Assembly: GCA_017853275.1 (NCBI GenBank)
Contig: JAFMJV010000003.1
Coordinates: forward strand, 64,649 to 128,648
Source of the DNA: Chloroflexota bacterium
Lineage (GTDB): Bacteria; Chloroflexota; Limnocylindria; Limnocylindrales; CSP1-4
DNA: 64,000 nt
Direction: 5' to 3'
Part shown: piece after piece, positions 35,721 to 43,968 of the stretch
Position numbering within the stretch: the stretch's first letter is position 1
Layout: each line of letters opens with the position of its first letter
Notes under the pieces: generated by a model
Told to the model about the DNA's origin: nothing
Databases searched by the model: none
What the model saw: the letters and a program-made list of their open reading frames with translations, nothing else
Made by a program: the position numbers and the translations under genes

Positions 35721-37967
35721 CTACGGCTCCGGCGACGCTTCGGCCGCCGGTGTCTTCTTCGGCTTCGGGGTCCGGTCCGGCTTCGGGGTCCGGTCCGGGC
35801 GGGGGGTCCGGTCGGGCGCCGGGGTGGTGAGCGGGGAGACCTTGCCATCCGGGTCGTCGATGAGCGGCGCGCGGTAGAGCCCGGTCCCGGTCACCCAGAC
35901 GACGTCCGGCGTCCCCTTGGCCCGCGCAGCCTCCACGAGATAGAAGCCGCGCACGTCCTCGAGGGGCGGGACCCGGTCGGCCGCGATCCACTGCTCGATG
36001 AACTCGCCGCTGCTCTCGTCGTAGGCGACGATCCGCTGCCACTTCGCGTCCCAGAGGTAGAAGCGCCCGTCCGTGTTCGCGAGGTAGCGGAAGTCGTGGC
36101 CCGGCCGCAGGTCCGCATCGTCCGGTGGCGTCTCGAGCTCGAAGTCGTCCTGGATCCGGCCCTGGTAGTGGCGGACGAGCCCGCGATCGTCCAGCGTGAA
36201 GAGGCTGGACGAGACGTGCATGTCCCGGAAGGTGGAGACGTCCTCGTTCGCCGCGGCCAGGTAGTCGTTCACGTCCGCGAAGCCGGTCCCGTCCCCGGTG
36301 GGGATATAGCGCCGGATCTGGTTCCCTTCCGGGTCCGCCACGTAGAGGTTGTAGAAGTTGCTCTCCGCGCTGAGGAGGTAGGTCTCCATCGCCACGGCGC
36401 GGCTGGAGAGGACCGGGTCCTCCGGCTTGCGGACCTCCGTGAGCGTCCCGGTCCCCGCGGTGCGCCAGCGCCAGATCGCGCCGAGGTCGTCCAGGATGAG
36501 GAGGTCGACCCCGCCCGTGGCGAGGAGATGGGGGGCGGCCACCACGAGCCGCCCGATGCCGTCACCCTGGCGGACGACCGCCCGCTGCTCGCCGGTCCGC
36601 GGATCGACCGTCCAGACGGCGCCCGCCGCCCGGTCGATGAAGTAGGGGTTGCGGTCCGGGCCCTCCACGAGCGCGGCGGGCTCCATCCCCTCGGTCTTCA
36701 TGAGCAGCGTGGCGCGCAGCCGGCGGACGCCATGGAGGCGCTCCAGGCAGAGCCGCACCGACTCGCCGACGGGGGCGATCACCTCTTCCGTGACACCGCC
36801 GTCCCGAGCGCGGCCGAGCGCGGCCCAGGCATCCCGGCAGAGGGAGAGCGCCTCCACCCGGTCCGTCCCCACGAGCTCGCTGCCGCGATCGCCCTTCTCC
36901 TTCGCCTCCACCCAGGCGCGCTCACCGGTGGTGAGGGTGACGACCGGGTCCTCCTTCCCCTGCGGGAAGATCCAGATCCCGAGACCGAGGACGAGGACGA
37001 CGGTGAGGAGGCCGATCAGGGCGCTCGCGATCCGGCGCTCGCGCTCCCGCTGGCTGACGGACGGCGCGACGCGGCGGACGCTCACGGAGCGCGCCGGGAG
37101 GCGGGAGATCACCCGGTCCGTGAGGACCGCGACGCTCCGCGAGATCCGCGAGCCGGCGCCGCTCACCGCTCCCGCAGCGCCGGTGACGGCATCGGTCACG
37201 GTGTCCGTGCCGGGGAGCGCGCCGCCCGGGAGCTCCGCATAGGCATCGCTCCGGCCGGCGGGCGGGACGGGGCGCCGCTCGGGACGGATCGTGGATCCAT
37301 CCACCGCCTCGATCGCGATCAGGCCGTCCGACCCCTCTCCACCCGCCGCGACGAAGAGATGGTGGAGATGCTCCGCCGCGGACTGCGGGTGGAGGGTGAC
37401 GACCGCGTTCTTCAGCTCCTCGGTACCCACCGTCCGGGTGACGTTCCGGGAGACGAGGAGGATCGCGTCGCCGATCGCGAGCTCGCCGCGCCAGACGTCG
37501 ATCCGGACCCCCTCCTCGGCGGGAAGGCCGGGCGATGGGGTCTGATCCGGCATGAGCAGCCGCGCCGCCCGGACGAGGTAGGCGTCCGTCTCGCCGATCG
37601 AGGCGACATAGAGCTCGCCCTGGCGGACCACCGCGACCGCGATCCCGATCGCCCCCTCGACCGGCGCCCCGGGGTCGCGCATCCCGCGCAGCCGTCGGTT
37701 GACGGAGCGGATCGCCTTCTCCAGGCAGATCGGGATCCCCGCGCTCTCGTCGTAGTAGTAGTCACGGCGGATCGCGGCGGCGACGAGCTGGGTGACCTCT
37801 GCGCTCCGGGCCGAGGTCCCGTCGCTCGTGACGAGGAGGTAGAGGTTCCCCTTCGAGCGGATCTTCGACCCGATGACGGGCACCTCGACGAGCTGTGCGT
37901 CCGCGGAGCCGGCGATCCGCTCGGCCTCCGCGACCAGGCCGTGCCGCAGCTCCAGTCGCGCTCCCAT
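35721..37967 (-). CDS. Membrane protein: cytoplasmic PP2C-like domain, single TM, extracytoplasmic repeat (propeller-like) domain
   Basis: ATG 37967 follows a GAAGG RBS. The N-terminal 230 aa resemble a PPM/PP2C fold (YLLVTSDG...VASIGETDAYLV...AILLVSRNV). A TM segment (IASALIGLLTVVLVLGLGIWIF) is followed by repeated beta-strand motifs. Confidence 0.6.
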   Translation of the reverse strand: MGARLELRHGLVAEAERIAGSADAQLVEVPVIGSKIRSKGNLYLLVTSDGTSARSAEVTQLVAAAIRRDYYYDESAGIPICLEKAIRSVNRRLRGMRDPGAPVEGAIGIAVAVVRQGELYVASIGETDAYLVRAARLLMPDQTPSPGLPAEEGVRIDVWRGELAIGDAILLVSRNVTRTVGTEELKNAVVTLHPQSAAEHLHHLFVAAGGEGSDGLIAIEAVDGSTIRPERRPVPPAGRSDAYAELPGGALPGTDTVTDAVTGAAGAVSGAGSRISRSVAVLTDRVISRLPARSVSVRRVAPSVSQRERERRIASALIGLLTVVLVLGLGIWIFPQGKEDPVVTLTTGERAWVEAKEKGDRGSELVGTDRVEALSLCRDAWAALGRARDGGVTEEVIAPVGESVRLCLERLHGVRRLRATLLMKTEGMEPAALVEGPDRNPYFIDRAAGAVWTVDPRTGEQRAVVRQGDGIGRLVVAAPHLLATGGVDLLILDDLGAIWRWRTAGTGTLTEVRKPEDPVLSSRAVAMETYLLSAESNFYNLYVADPEGNQIRRYIPTGDGTGFADVNDYLAAANEDVSTFRDMHVSSSLFTLDDRGLVRHYQGRIQDDFELETPPDDADLRPGHDFRYLANTDGRFYLWDAKWQRIVAYDESSGEFIEQWIAADRVPPLEDVRGFYLVEAARAKGTPDVVWVTGTGLYRAPLIDDPDGKVSPLTTPAPDRTPRPDRTPKPDRTPKPKKTPAAEASPEP
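35760..35813 (-). repeat. Three tandem 18-bp units encoding (PDRTPK/R)3 at the C-terminus of the PP2C-like protein
   Basis: cggcttcggggtccggtc occurs twice and is followed by cgggcggggggtccggtc. The translation is PDRTPRPDRTPKPDRTPKP. Confidence 0.85.
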
Positions 37968-37977
37968 CCTTCGGAGT

Positions 37978-38337
37978 CTACACGGGGCGCCCGGCGTCCC
38001 CGGGGGGGCGGCCCGGCCGGGGAGCGGAGCGGATGACGATGCGCAGCTCGCGCAGGCGGGAACCACCGGGTGCGGCGGCGAAGGCATCGAGGAGGATCCC
38101 CGAGCGGAGGCGGAGCTCCTGGGCGGTGAGCGGATCGGGCGCGCTGACCACGAGGACAGGGGGAGCGACCTCGAGGAGGCGCGAGGTCCCGGTGGCGGGC
38201 GGGACCTGCTCGGCCACGACCCGCTCCCAGCTCGCCATCGCGGTCGCGAGCTTCAGCTCCGGCTCCAGGCCGAGCTCGTTCGCGAGCCCGGGGATGAGGT
38301 CGCCGATCCGGCGCATCGGCCGGCGCGGCCGGGTCAT
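37978..38337 (-). CDS. DUF721 (DciA-like) protein
   Basis: Position immediately after recF (ATGA overlap at 38334-38337) and the pattern IGDLIPGL...W..VVAEQV...TSRLLEV..PVLVVSAPDPLTAQELR are typical of DUF721/DciA. Confidence 0.7.
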   Translation of the reverse strand: MTRPRRPMRRIGDLIPGLANELGLEPELKLATAMASWERVVAEQVPPATGTSRLLEVAPPVLVVSAPDPLTAQELRLRSGILLDAFAAAPGGSRLRELRIVIRSAPRPGRPPGDAGRPV

Positions 38338-39446
38338 CCTGCGCGCTCGAGACGGCCATCCACGACGCGCCACGCCGTGGAGGCGGCGACGAGCGCCGGG
38401 TCGAGGTCGTCCAGGGTCGTCGTCGTGACGAAGGCCTGGGGGAGGGCGCCGATCCGCCGGACGAGGTGGGCCCGCCGGTCCGGGTCGAGCTCGGAGAAGA
38501 CGTCGTCGAGGAGGAGGAGCGGCGGGCGGCCGTCCACCTCGCGGAGGACCTCGAGCTCCGCGAGCTTCAGGGCGAGGATCGCCGTCCGCTGCTGGCCGCG
38601 GGAGGCGAAGCCCGCGAGGTCGCGTCCGTCCAGGCGGAAGACGAGGTCGTCCCGGTGCGGACCGATGAGCGTGGCGCCGTTCCAGAGCTCCTTCTCGGCG
38701 GTCTCCGCGAGCCGGCGGCGCAGGGCGTCCTCCGGCTCCTCCCCGGGTCCGGCCGGCGCGTTCGTGACGAGCTCGAGGGTGAGCCGCCCCTCGCCCGGTG
38801 CGATCTCCGCGTGGGCATCCGCGAGCGGTCCGGCGAGCGCTGCGAGCGTCTCCTGGCGCCAGCGGACGATCCGTCCGCCCTCGGTGACCACGACCCGGTC
38901 CCAGAAAGGGAGCTCGTCGCGCGACGCCTGCTCCTCCCGGATCCGCCGGAGGAGCGTGTTCCGCTGGGTGATCGCCCGGGCGTAGGTGGCGAGGACGGAG
39001 GCGCCCTCCGGCTCCCGTCCGGCCACGAGCGTATCGATCGTCTCCCGGCGCAGGCCCGGCGCGCCGACGACGAGGAGCATCTCCTCCGGTGCGAAGAGGA
39101 CGGTCCGGAAGGCGGAGGGGAGGGCCGTGGTGCGGCGCGGGACGCCGTTGATCCGGACCCGCTTCCGGGCGCCGGGGTCGCCTCCCGGCTTCGCCAGCAC
39201 GACCTCGATCACCGGCCCCGGGTCGAGCGTCGCCTCCACGCGCGCGAGACCCGCGCTCCAGCCCACGAGCTCCGCATCCACCGAGGCGCGGTGGGAACGC
39301 CCACGGGAGCAGACGACGATCGATTCCACGAGGTTCGTCTTGCCCGCCGCGTTCGCACCCACGATCACCTGGGGGCCGGGCGGGAAGTCCACCTCCAGGG
39401 AGGCGTAGCTGCGGTAGCCGGCGAGCGAGAGGTGGCGGACGATCAT
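38334..39446 (-). CDS. recF: DNA replication and repair protein RecF
   Basis: MIVRHLSLAGYRSY...GANAAGKTNLVESI (Walker A), SRGQQRT signature and LLLDDVFSELD (Walker B). Conserved dnaN-recF synteny. Confidence 0.92.
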   Translation of the reverse strand: MIVRHLSLAGYRSYASLEVDFPPGPQVIVGANAAGKTNLVESIVVCSRGRSHRASVDAELVGWSAGLARVEATLDPGPVIEVVLAKPGGDPGARKRVRINGVPRRTTALPSAFRTVLFAPEEMLLVVGAPGLRRETIDTLVAGREPEGASVLATYARAITQRNTLLRRIREEQASRDELPFWDRVVVTEGGRIVRWRQETLAALAGPLADAHAEIAPGEGRLTLELVTNAPAGPGEEPEDALRRRLAETAEKELWNGATLIGPHRDDLVFRLDGRDLAGFASRGQQRTAILALKLAELEVLREVDGRPPLLLLDDVFSELDPDRRAHLVRRIGALPQAFVTTTTLDDLDPALVAASTAWRVVDGRLERAG

Positions 39447-39486
39447 GCGCGCTCCACCGACCGGGAGCGGCCGGGGATGGCCCCGC

Positions 39487-40608
39487 TCAGGAGGGCGTCC
39501 GCACCGGCATGATCACGTGGACGTAGCGATCGTCGCCGATCATCCGCAGGACGCCCGGCGAGAGCGGCCCGCTCAGCTCCAGGGCGACCTGCTCGGCCAC
39601 CATGTTCTGGAGCGCCTCCGCGAGGTAGCGCGCGTTGAAGGCGATGGCGACCGCGTCGCCCTCCACCATCGCCTCCACCTCACCCTCGGTGTCCCCGATA
39701 TCCGCGCTCGCGGCGATCCGGATGGCGGAAGGTCCGCTCGTCCCGATCGCGAGCCGGACGACGTTCGCGGACGACGACGCGATGAGCGCCGAGAGCCGGA
39801 CCGACTTCAGGAGCTCCTCGCGATCGACGACGACGCGCGTGGCGTGGCTCGCCGGCAGGACCTGCTGGTAGTTCGGGAACTGGCCGTCGATGAGGCGGCT
39901 GACGAGCTCCGTGCCGTCCACCGAGAAGATCACCTGGCTGCGCGACGGAGCGAGCCGGATCTCCACGGGATCATCCGTCTCACCGAGGATCCGGGTGAGC
40001 TCGGAGTAGGAGCGGGCGGGGACGACGATGCTCGCCTCCTCCGCGGGGGCACCGAGCGGGACGGTCCGCACGGCGATCCGGTAGTTGTCCGCTGCCGCGA
40101 GCGTGAGCGAGTCGCCGGAGAAGCGGGTGAGCACGCCGGTGAGGATCGGGCGCGCCTCGTCCGAGGCAGCCGCGAAGGTGACCCCGGCGAGCGCATGGCG
40201 CAGCTGCTTCTGGGGGATGCGCACGGAAGGGCGCTCGCCCGCGGTGGGCAGGCTCGGGAAGTCCTCCGGGTCGATCCCCCGGATGCGCGCCTGGGAGCGA
40301 CCGGAGCGGAGGTGGAGGGTCGTCCCGTCCTCCACCTCGAGGTCGACGCGCTCACCCGCCCGCAAGCCGGCGACGACATCCGTGATCAGGCGGGCCGGGA
40401 CCGTCAGGGAGCCTTCTCCCTCGATCTTGCCGGGGACCCATGTGGCGATCCCGATCTCGAGGTTCGTGGCGGCGAGCTTCAGCCCGGCGTCCTCCGTCCG
40501 GAGAAGGACGTTCGCGAGGACGGGCAGGGTGGGCCGCCCGCCGCTCACGGCGCGGCTGACCACGGAGAGGCCGCGCGCCAGGTTCTCCTGCATCAGCGAA
40601 AGCTTCAC
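39487..40608 (-). CDS. dnaN: DNA polymerase III beta sliding clamp
   Basis: (V)KLSLMQENLARGLSVVSRAV...LPVLANVLL...LKLAATNLEI is the canonical DnaN N-terminus. GTG 40608 is preferred over the track start at 40650. Confidence 0.92.
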   Translation of the reverse strand: MKLSLMQENLARGLSVVSRAVSGGRPTLPVLANVLLRTEDAGLKLAATNLEIGIATWVPGKIEGEGSLTVPARLITDVVAGLRAGERVDLEVEDGTTLHLRSGRSQARIRGIDPEDFPSLPTAGERPSVRIPQKQLRHALAGVTFAAASDEARPILTGVLTRFSGDSLTLAAADNYRIAVRTVPLGAPAEEASIVVPARSYSELTRILGETDDPVEIRLAPSRSQVIFSVDGTELVSRLIDGQFPNYQQVLPASHATRVVVDREELLKSVRLSALIASSSANVVRLAIGTSGPSAIRIAASADIGDTEGEVEAMVEGDAVAIAFNARYLAEALQNMVAEQVALELSGPLSPGVLRMIGDDRYVHVIMPVRTPS

Positions 40609-40719
40609 GTCCGTCCGGCTCCTGCGTCGTGAATGGCGGATGACCGTCATCTCCCGGCGGGATCCGATCCCCCGGTCGTTGCCCGTATCTTCGCACCCCT
40701 CCGCCCTGCGCGTCCGGAG

Positions 40720-40982
40720 CTCTCCACGGTCCGGGAAGAGATGGTTCTTCTTTCATTCTTCATCCCGTCATCGTCATCAGGACGTTGGCGGTGTGGAGAT
40801 CCGCCCCTCCTCCACGAGGGCGGACGCTCGGGATCCGGCCCGGAAGGGTGTGGACGGCGCGGCGCCACCACGCGGCCGGCCGGGATCCGCCCTGTGGGCG
40901 CCGCGTGGACGATCCCGGGGATCTTCCCCATCCCATCCCCGGAGAGGGGCGCCGACCCCGGATCCGGAGCCACTTCTCCACA
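40720..40982. other. Candidate oriC: six DnaA-box-like 9-mers plus an AT-rich patch
   Basis: Boxes with a TCCAC core: CTCTCCACG at 40720, ATCTCCACA (reverse complement of 40792-40800), TCCTCCACG at 40808, CCGTCCACA (reverse complement of 40849-40857), TCGTCCACG (reverse complement of 40903-40911) and TTCTCCACA at 40974-40982. The stretch 40741-40780 is about 42% GC. Confidence 0.55.
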
Positions 40983-41084
40983 GCGCATCCAGCCCCGCAG
41001 ATCCCCCATCCGACCCGCTCGCCGCGGCGAAGATGGGATACTCGACCAATGATGCGTTCCCCAGGACGCCGTGAGGAGACCCGG

Positions 41085-42227
41085 ATGCTTCGCCGAACCG
41101 CCCTCCTGATCCTCGCCGCAACGCTCGTGATCCCGGCGGCGGCCACCGCCCAGGTCCCGCGCGCCGCCAACGGCCAGGCGTGCACGATCGTGGGCACCGC
41201 AGCGGCAGACACGCTGCGGGGGACGAAGGGCAACGACGTCATCTGCGGCCTGGGCGGGAACGACCGGATGCTCGGCGGGACCGGGAGCGACACGCTGGAC
41301 GGTGGCGCCGGCGCAGACCGGCTCTCCGGGGAGGGCGGCACGGACCTCCTCCTCGGCGGCCTCGCGGTGGACACCCTGGATGGAGGAGCCGCCGCGGACC
41401 GGATCGTGGGCGGGGATGGCAACGACGCGGTGACCGCGGGGACCGGCGACGTCTGTGCCGCGCCCGGTGGGGACAGCATGACCGGGACCTGCACCGCGGA
41501 TACCGCGGGGCCCGTGATCTCCGCGGTCTCGGTCGCCGCGCAGGTCGCAGCCGGCTCCCTCCTCACCGTCACCTGGCGGCTCGCGGACGCGACCGGCGTC
41601 GGCATCCTCGAGGGCGGCCCCGCTTCCTGGCTCCAGATCGGGGGCGCCCCGGGCTGGCTCACCTGGTGCGGGTTCCAGATCCCCGCCACGCGGCTCTCCG
41701 GCGATGCGCTGGACGGGACCTACCAGGCCACCTGCGCGATCCCGGCCGGCGTCCCGAACGGCGAGTACGGCCTGTGGATCGGCGCCTACGACCTCGCCGG
41801 GACCACGACCCCCGCCGATGAGCGGGCGACCTTCCGGATCGGGGGCGGGACGGACGACACCACCGCCCCCGTCGTCACGGAGGTCCGCCTCGGCGGGCCG
41901 GTCCCGGGGCCCGGCGGCACGCTCATCCTCGAGTGGCGGGCGGCGGATCCGTCCGGGATCGACTACGTCCTTCCCTGGGTCTTCGGGCCGAACGGGCTCC
42001 TCGTGAGCCAGCCGAGCGGCGCCCAGTGGTTCGGGATGGGGAGCGACCCGGTGCGGCTCACCGGCGACGGCACGGACGGGACCTACCGCCAGTCACTCCC
42101 CGCCTCCGCGGAGCTGGTCCCGGGCGTCTACTCCGTCTGGTTCAGCGGCCGTGACGTCCCCGGGAACCGCTTCTACGACGGCGGCCCCGGCGGCACGGGC
42201 TACCTGACCTTCACCGTCCCGGGCTGA
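41085..42227 (+). CDS. Secreted calcium-binding protein with RTX-like GGxGxD repeats and two beta-sandwich repeats
   Basis: GGAG RBS 7 nt before ATG 41085, signal peptide MLRRTALLILAATLVIPAAATAQ, and GNDVICGLGGNDRMLGGTGSDTLDGGAGADRLSGEGGTD repeats. Confidence 0.75.
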   Translation: MLRRTALLILAATLVIPAAATAQVPRAANGQACTIVGTAAADTLRGTKGNDVICGLGGNDRMLGGTGSDTLDGGAGADRLSGEGGTDLLLGGLAVDTLDGGAAADRIVGGDGNDAVTAGTGDVCAAPGGDSMTGTCTADTAGPVISAVSVAAQVAAGSLLTVTWRLADATGVGILEGGPASWLQIGGAPGWLTWCGFQIPATRLSGDALDGTYQATCAIPAGVPNGEYGLWIGAYDLAGTTTPADERATFRIGGGTDDTTAPVVTEVRLGGPVPGPGGTLILEWRAADPSGIDYVLPWVFGPNGLLVSQPSGAQWFGMGSDPVRLTGDGTDGTYRQSLPASAELVPGVYSVWFSGRDVPGNRFYDGGPGGTGYLTFTVPG

Positions 42228-42259
42228 GGGCGGGGCGCAGGCCCCGGCGCCGCTCAGCC
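42222..42259. terminator. Imperfect bidirectional hairpin spanning both convergent stop codons
   Basis: Outer stem ggctgag (42222-42228) pairs with ctcagcc (42253-42259). Inner stem ggggc/gcccc encloses a 4-nt loop. Confidence 0.35.
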
Positions 42260-43465
42260 GCGCGCGATCTCCTCGGCGACCACGGACCACGCGGCCGCCG
42301 GGTCGGGGAAGCCGGCCCGGTCCACGAGCAGCCGGCGCGCTGACCGGAGGCAGGCGGCGGCGGCGCTCGCGCGCTCGGCGTCCGGGAGCGAGTCGATGTC
42401 GCTCACGTGGGCGAAGCCCGCGATCCGGCGGACGAGCTCCGTGGCCATGTAGCCGAGCGCGTCATCCCAGGTCCGCCGCAGCCACGCCGCGAGGAAGGCA
42501 TCCGGGTAGAAGCGATCCGCCCGCTCCGGCCAGAGGCGCCGGACCTCGCCGGTGAAGGCGTCCCAGCTCTCCGGCAGGATCGCGGCGACGTGCGCCCGGA
42601 AGGCCTCCGGCCGGCCGAGCCGTGCCCCGCGGGCCGCCGCGAAGCCCGCGTTCGCCCACAGGTTGCCGAGGTCGAAGCCGACCGGGCCGTAGAAGGCGAA
42701 CTCCGGGTCGATCGCCACCGCGCGGCCTCCGCCGACCATGACGCTCCCGGTGTGGAGGTCCCCGTGGATGTGGGCCTCGGCGCCGGTGAGGAAGCGGTGC
42801 TTGAGGGTCGCCACGGCGAGCCGGACGCGGTCGTCCGCCCGCAGCCCGGCGATCAGCGGCTCCACCCCGGGGACCGCGCGGTTCCGCTCATGCTCGATGT
42901 ACGGGTCCGTGAGGACGAGGTCCTCGGTGATCCGGCACAGCTCCGGGTTCGTGGCGAGCGCGGCCTGGCGCTTGCGCACCTCCGGCTCCAGGCCGAAGTC
43001 CGAGGTCCGCATGGCGATGCGCGCGATGAAGGTGCCGATCTCCCCCGCCGCGCCCGGGTGGATCTCCCCCTCGTTCAGCGCCGTGCGCCAGATCCGCAGG
43101 TCCGCGAGGTCCTCCATCGCCAGGACGTACCAGACGGGGTCGAAGCCGTGGTAGTCCGGGTTCGTGGCGCCCGCGAAGGGCCGGTAGGCCTCGTAGGCGT
43201 CCGCCTCGTGGCGCGCCCGCTCCACGGTGAGGGGCCAGCCCTTACCGAAGACACGGACCCAGGGGAGCGATTGCTTGAGGACGATCCCCGGCCGGTCCGG
43301 GTCGTCCCGCACGATGAAGACGAGGTTCAGGTTGCCGTCCCCGACCTCGCGGACATGGAGGGGAGAGCCCGGCACGCGCGCCCGCAGGTGTGGGCGGGCG
43401 TCGAGCCAGGCAGGGACGGTCTCCACGGTGAGCGGCGTGTAGCCGCCGGAGGTCGTCATCGGCAT
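42254..43465 (-). CDS. mtnK: 5-methylthioribose (or 5-deoxyribose) kinase, MtnK family
   Basis: HVREVGDGNLNLVFIV...VLKQSLPWVRV...HGDLHTGSVMV are MtnK/APH-fold signatures. Confidence 0.85.
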   Translation of the reverse strand: MPMTTSGGYTPLTVETVPAWLDARPHLRARVPGSPLHVREVGDGNLNLVFIVRDDPDRPGIVLKQSLPWVRVFGKGWPLTVERARHEADAYEAYRPFAGATNPDYHGFDPVWYVLAMEDLADLRIWRTALNEGEIHPGAAGEIGTFIARIAMRTSDFGLEPEVRKRQAALATNPELCRITEDLVLTDPYIEHERNRAVPGVEPLIAGLRADDRVRLAVATLKHRFLTGAEAHIHGDLHTGSVMVGGGRAVAIDPEFAFYGPVGFDLGNLWANAGFAAARGARLGRPEAFRAHVAAILPESWDAFTGEVRRLWPERADRFYPDAFLAAWLRRTWDDALGYMATELVRRIAGFAHVSDIDSLPDAERASAAAACLRSARRLLVDRAGFPDPAAAWSVVAEEIARG

Positions 43466-43523
43466 CCTCCGATCGGCCGTCCCGGCGTGCCGGCAGGCGT
43501 GCCGGCACCGGGACCGGCGGGTC

Positions 43524-43961
43524 TCAGCCCTTCTTCTCCTCGTCCAGCCAGACGCGGTCCTGGTTCACCGGATCGTCCACCGGCGACGAGATGAAGAGGA
43601 CCTGGGGGGCGTCCTCGAAGCGCCCGCCGTGGGGCGTGTTCGCGGGGATCACCCAGACATCGCCCTTCTTCACCGGCCGGGTCACCCCACCCACGGTCAC
43701 CTCGCCCGTCCCCTCGAGGACGTAGCCGATCTCGTCGTGGGTCTCGTGGACGTGGGTCCGGAAGGGGCCGGGATGGCCCTGGAAGACGAAGACCGAGGAC
43801 ATCGTGCCGTGGCCGATATAGGTCCGCCGGAAGACGTCCTTCTCGGTCAGCTTGTCCGCCTGCACCGCCGCCGCGACATCGACGACATCGATCTTCGTGA
43901 GCGGCATCTCCTGCTGGCAGTTCGGGCACAGGTACGGCCCGTCGTGGTGGTGTGCTCCCAT
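43524..43961 (-). CDS. Cupin-domain protein with an N-terminal CxxC element
   Basis: Cupin motifs HVHETHDEIGYVLEG and GDVWVIPANTPHGG, plus an N-terminal CPNC. Function is unknown; a role as an acireductone-dioxygenase analogue is speculative. Confidence 0.6.
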   Translation of the reverse strand: MGAHHHDGPYLCPNCQQEMPLTKIDVVDVAAAVQADKLTEKDVFRRTYIGHGTMSSVFVFQGHPGPFRTHVHETHDEIGYVLEGTGEVTVGGVTRPVKKGDVWVIPANTPHGGRFEDAPQVLFISSPVDDPVNQDRVWLDEEKKG

Positions 43962-43968
43962 TCCTTCC

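Noticed and set aside
35637-38036. 799-aa plus-strand ORF
   Set aside because: It is antisense to the PP2C-like membrane protein and DUF151 genes and shows only low-complexity composition with no recognisable domain.
40785-41084. N-terminal 100-aa extension of the RTX-like ORF across the DnaA-box region
   Set aside because: The signal peptide begins at the RBS-supported ATG 41085. The extension is Arg/Pro-rich and coincides with the DnaA-box cluster and AT-rich patch, so the region is better read as non-coding.
40651-41084. GATC enrichment as an origin/Dam-methylation signal
   Set aside because: GATC, often as GGATCC, recurs here but is also very frequent throughout the coding sequence of this genome. 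It is not a discriminating signal without counts I cannot compute.
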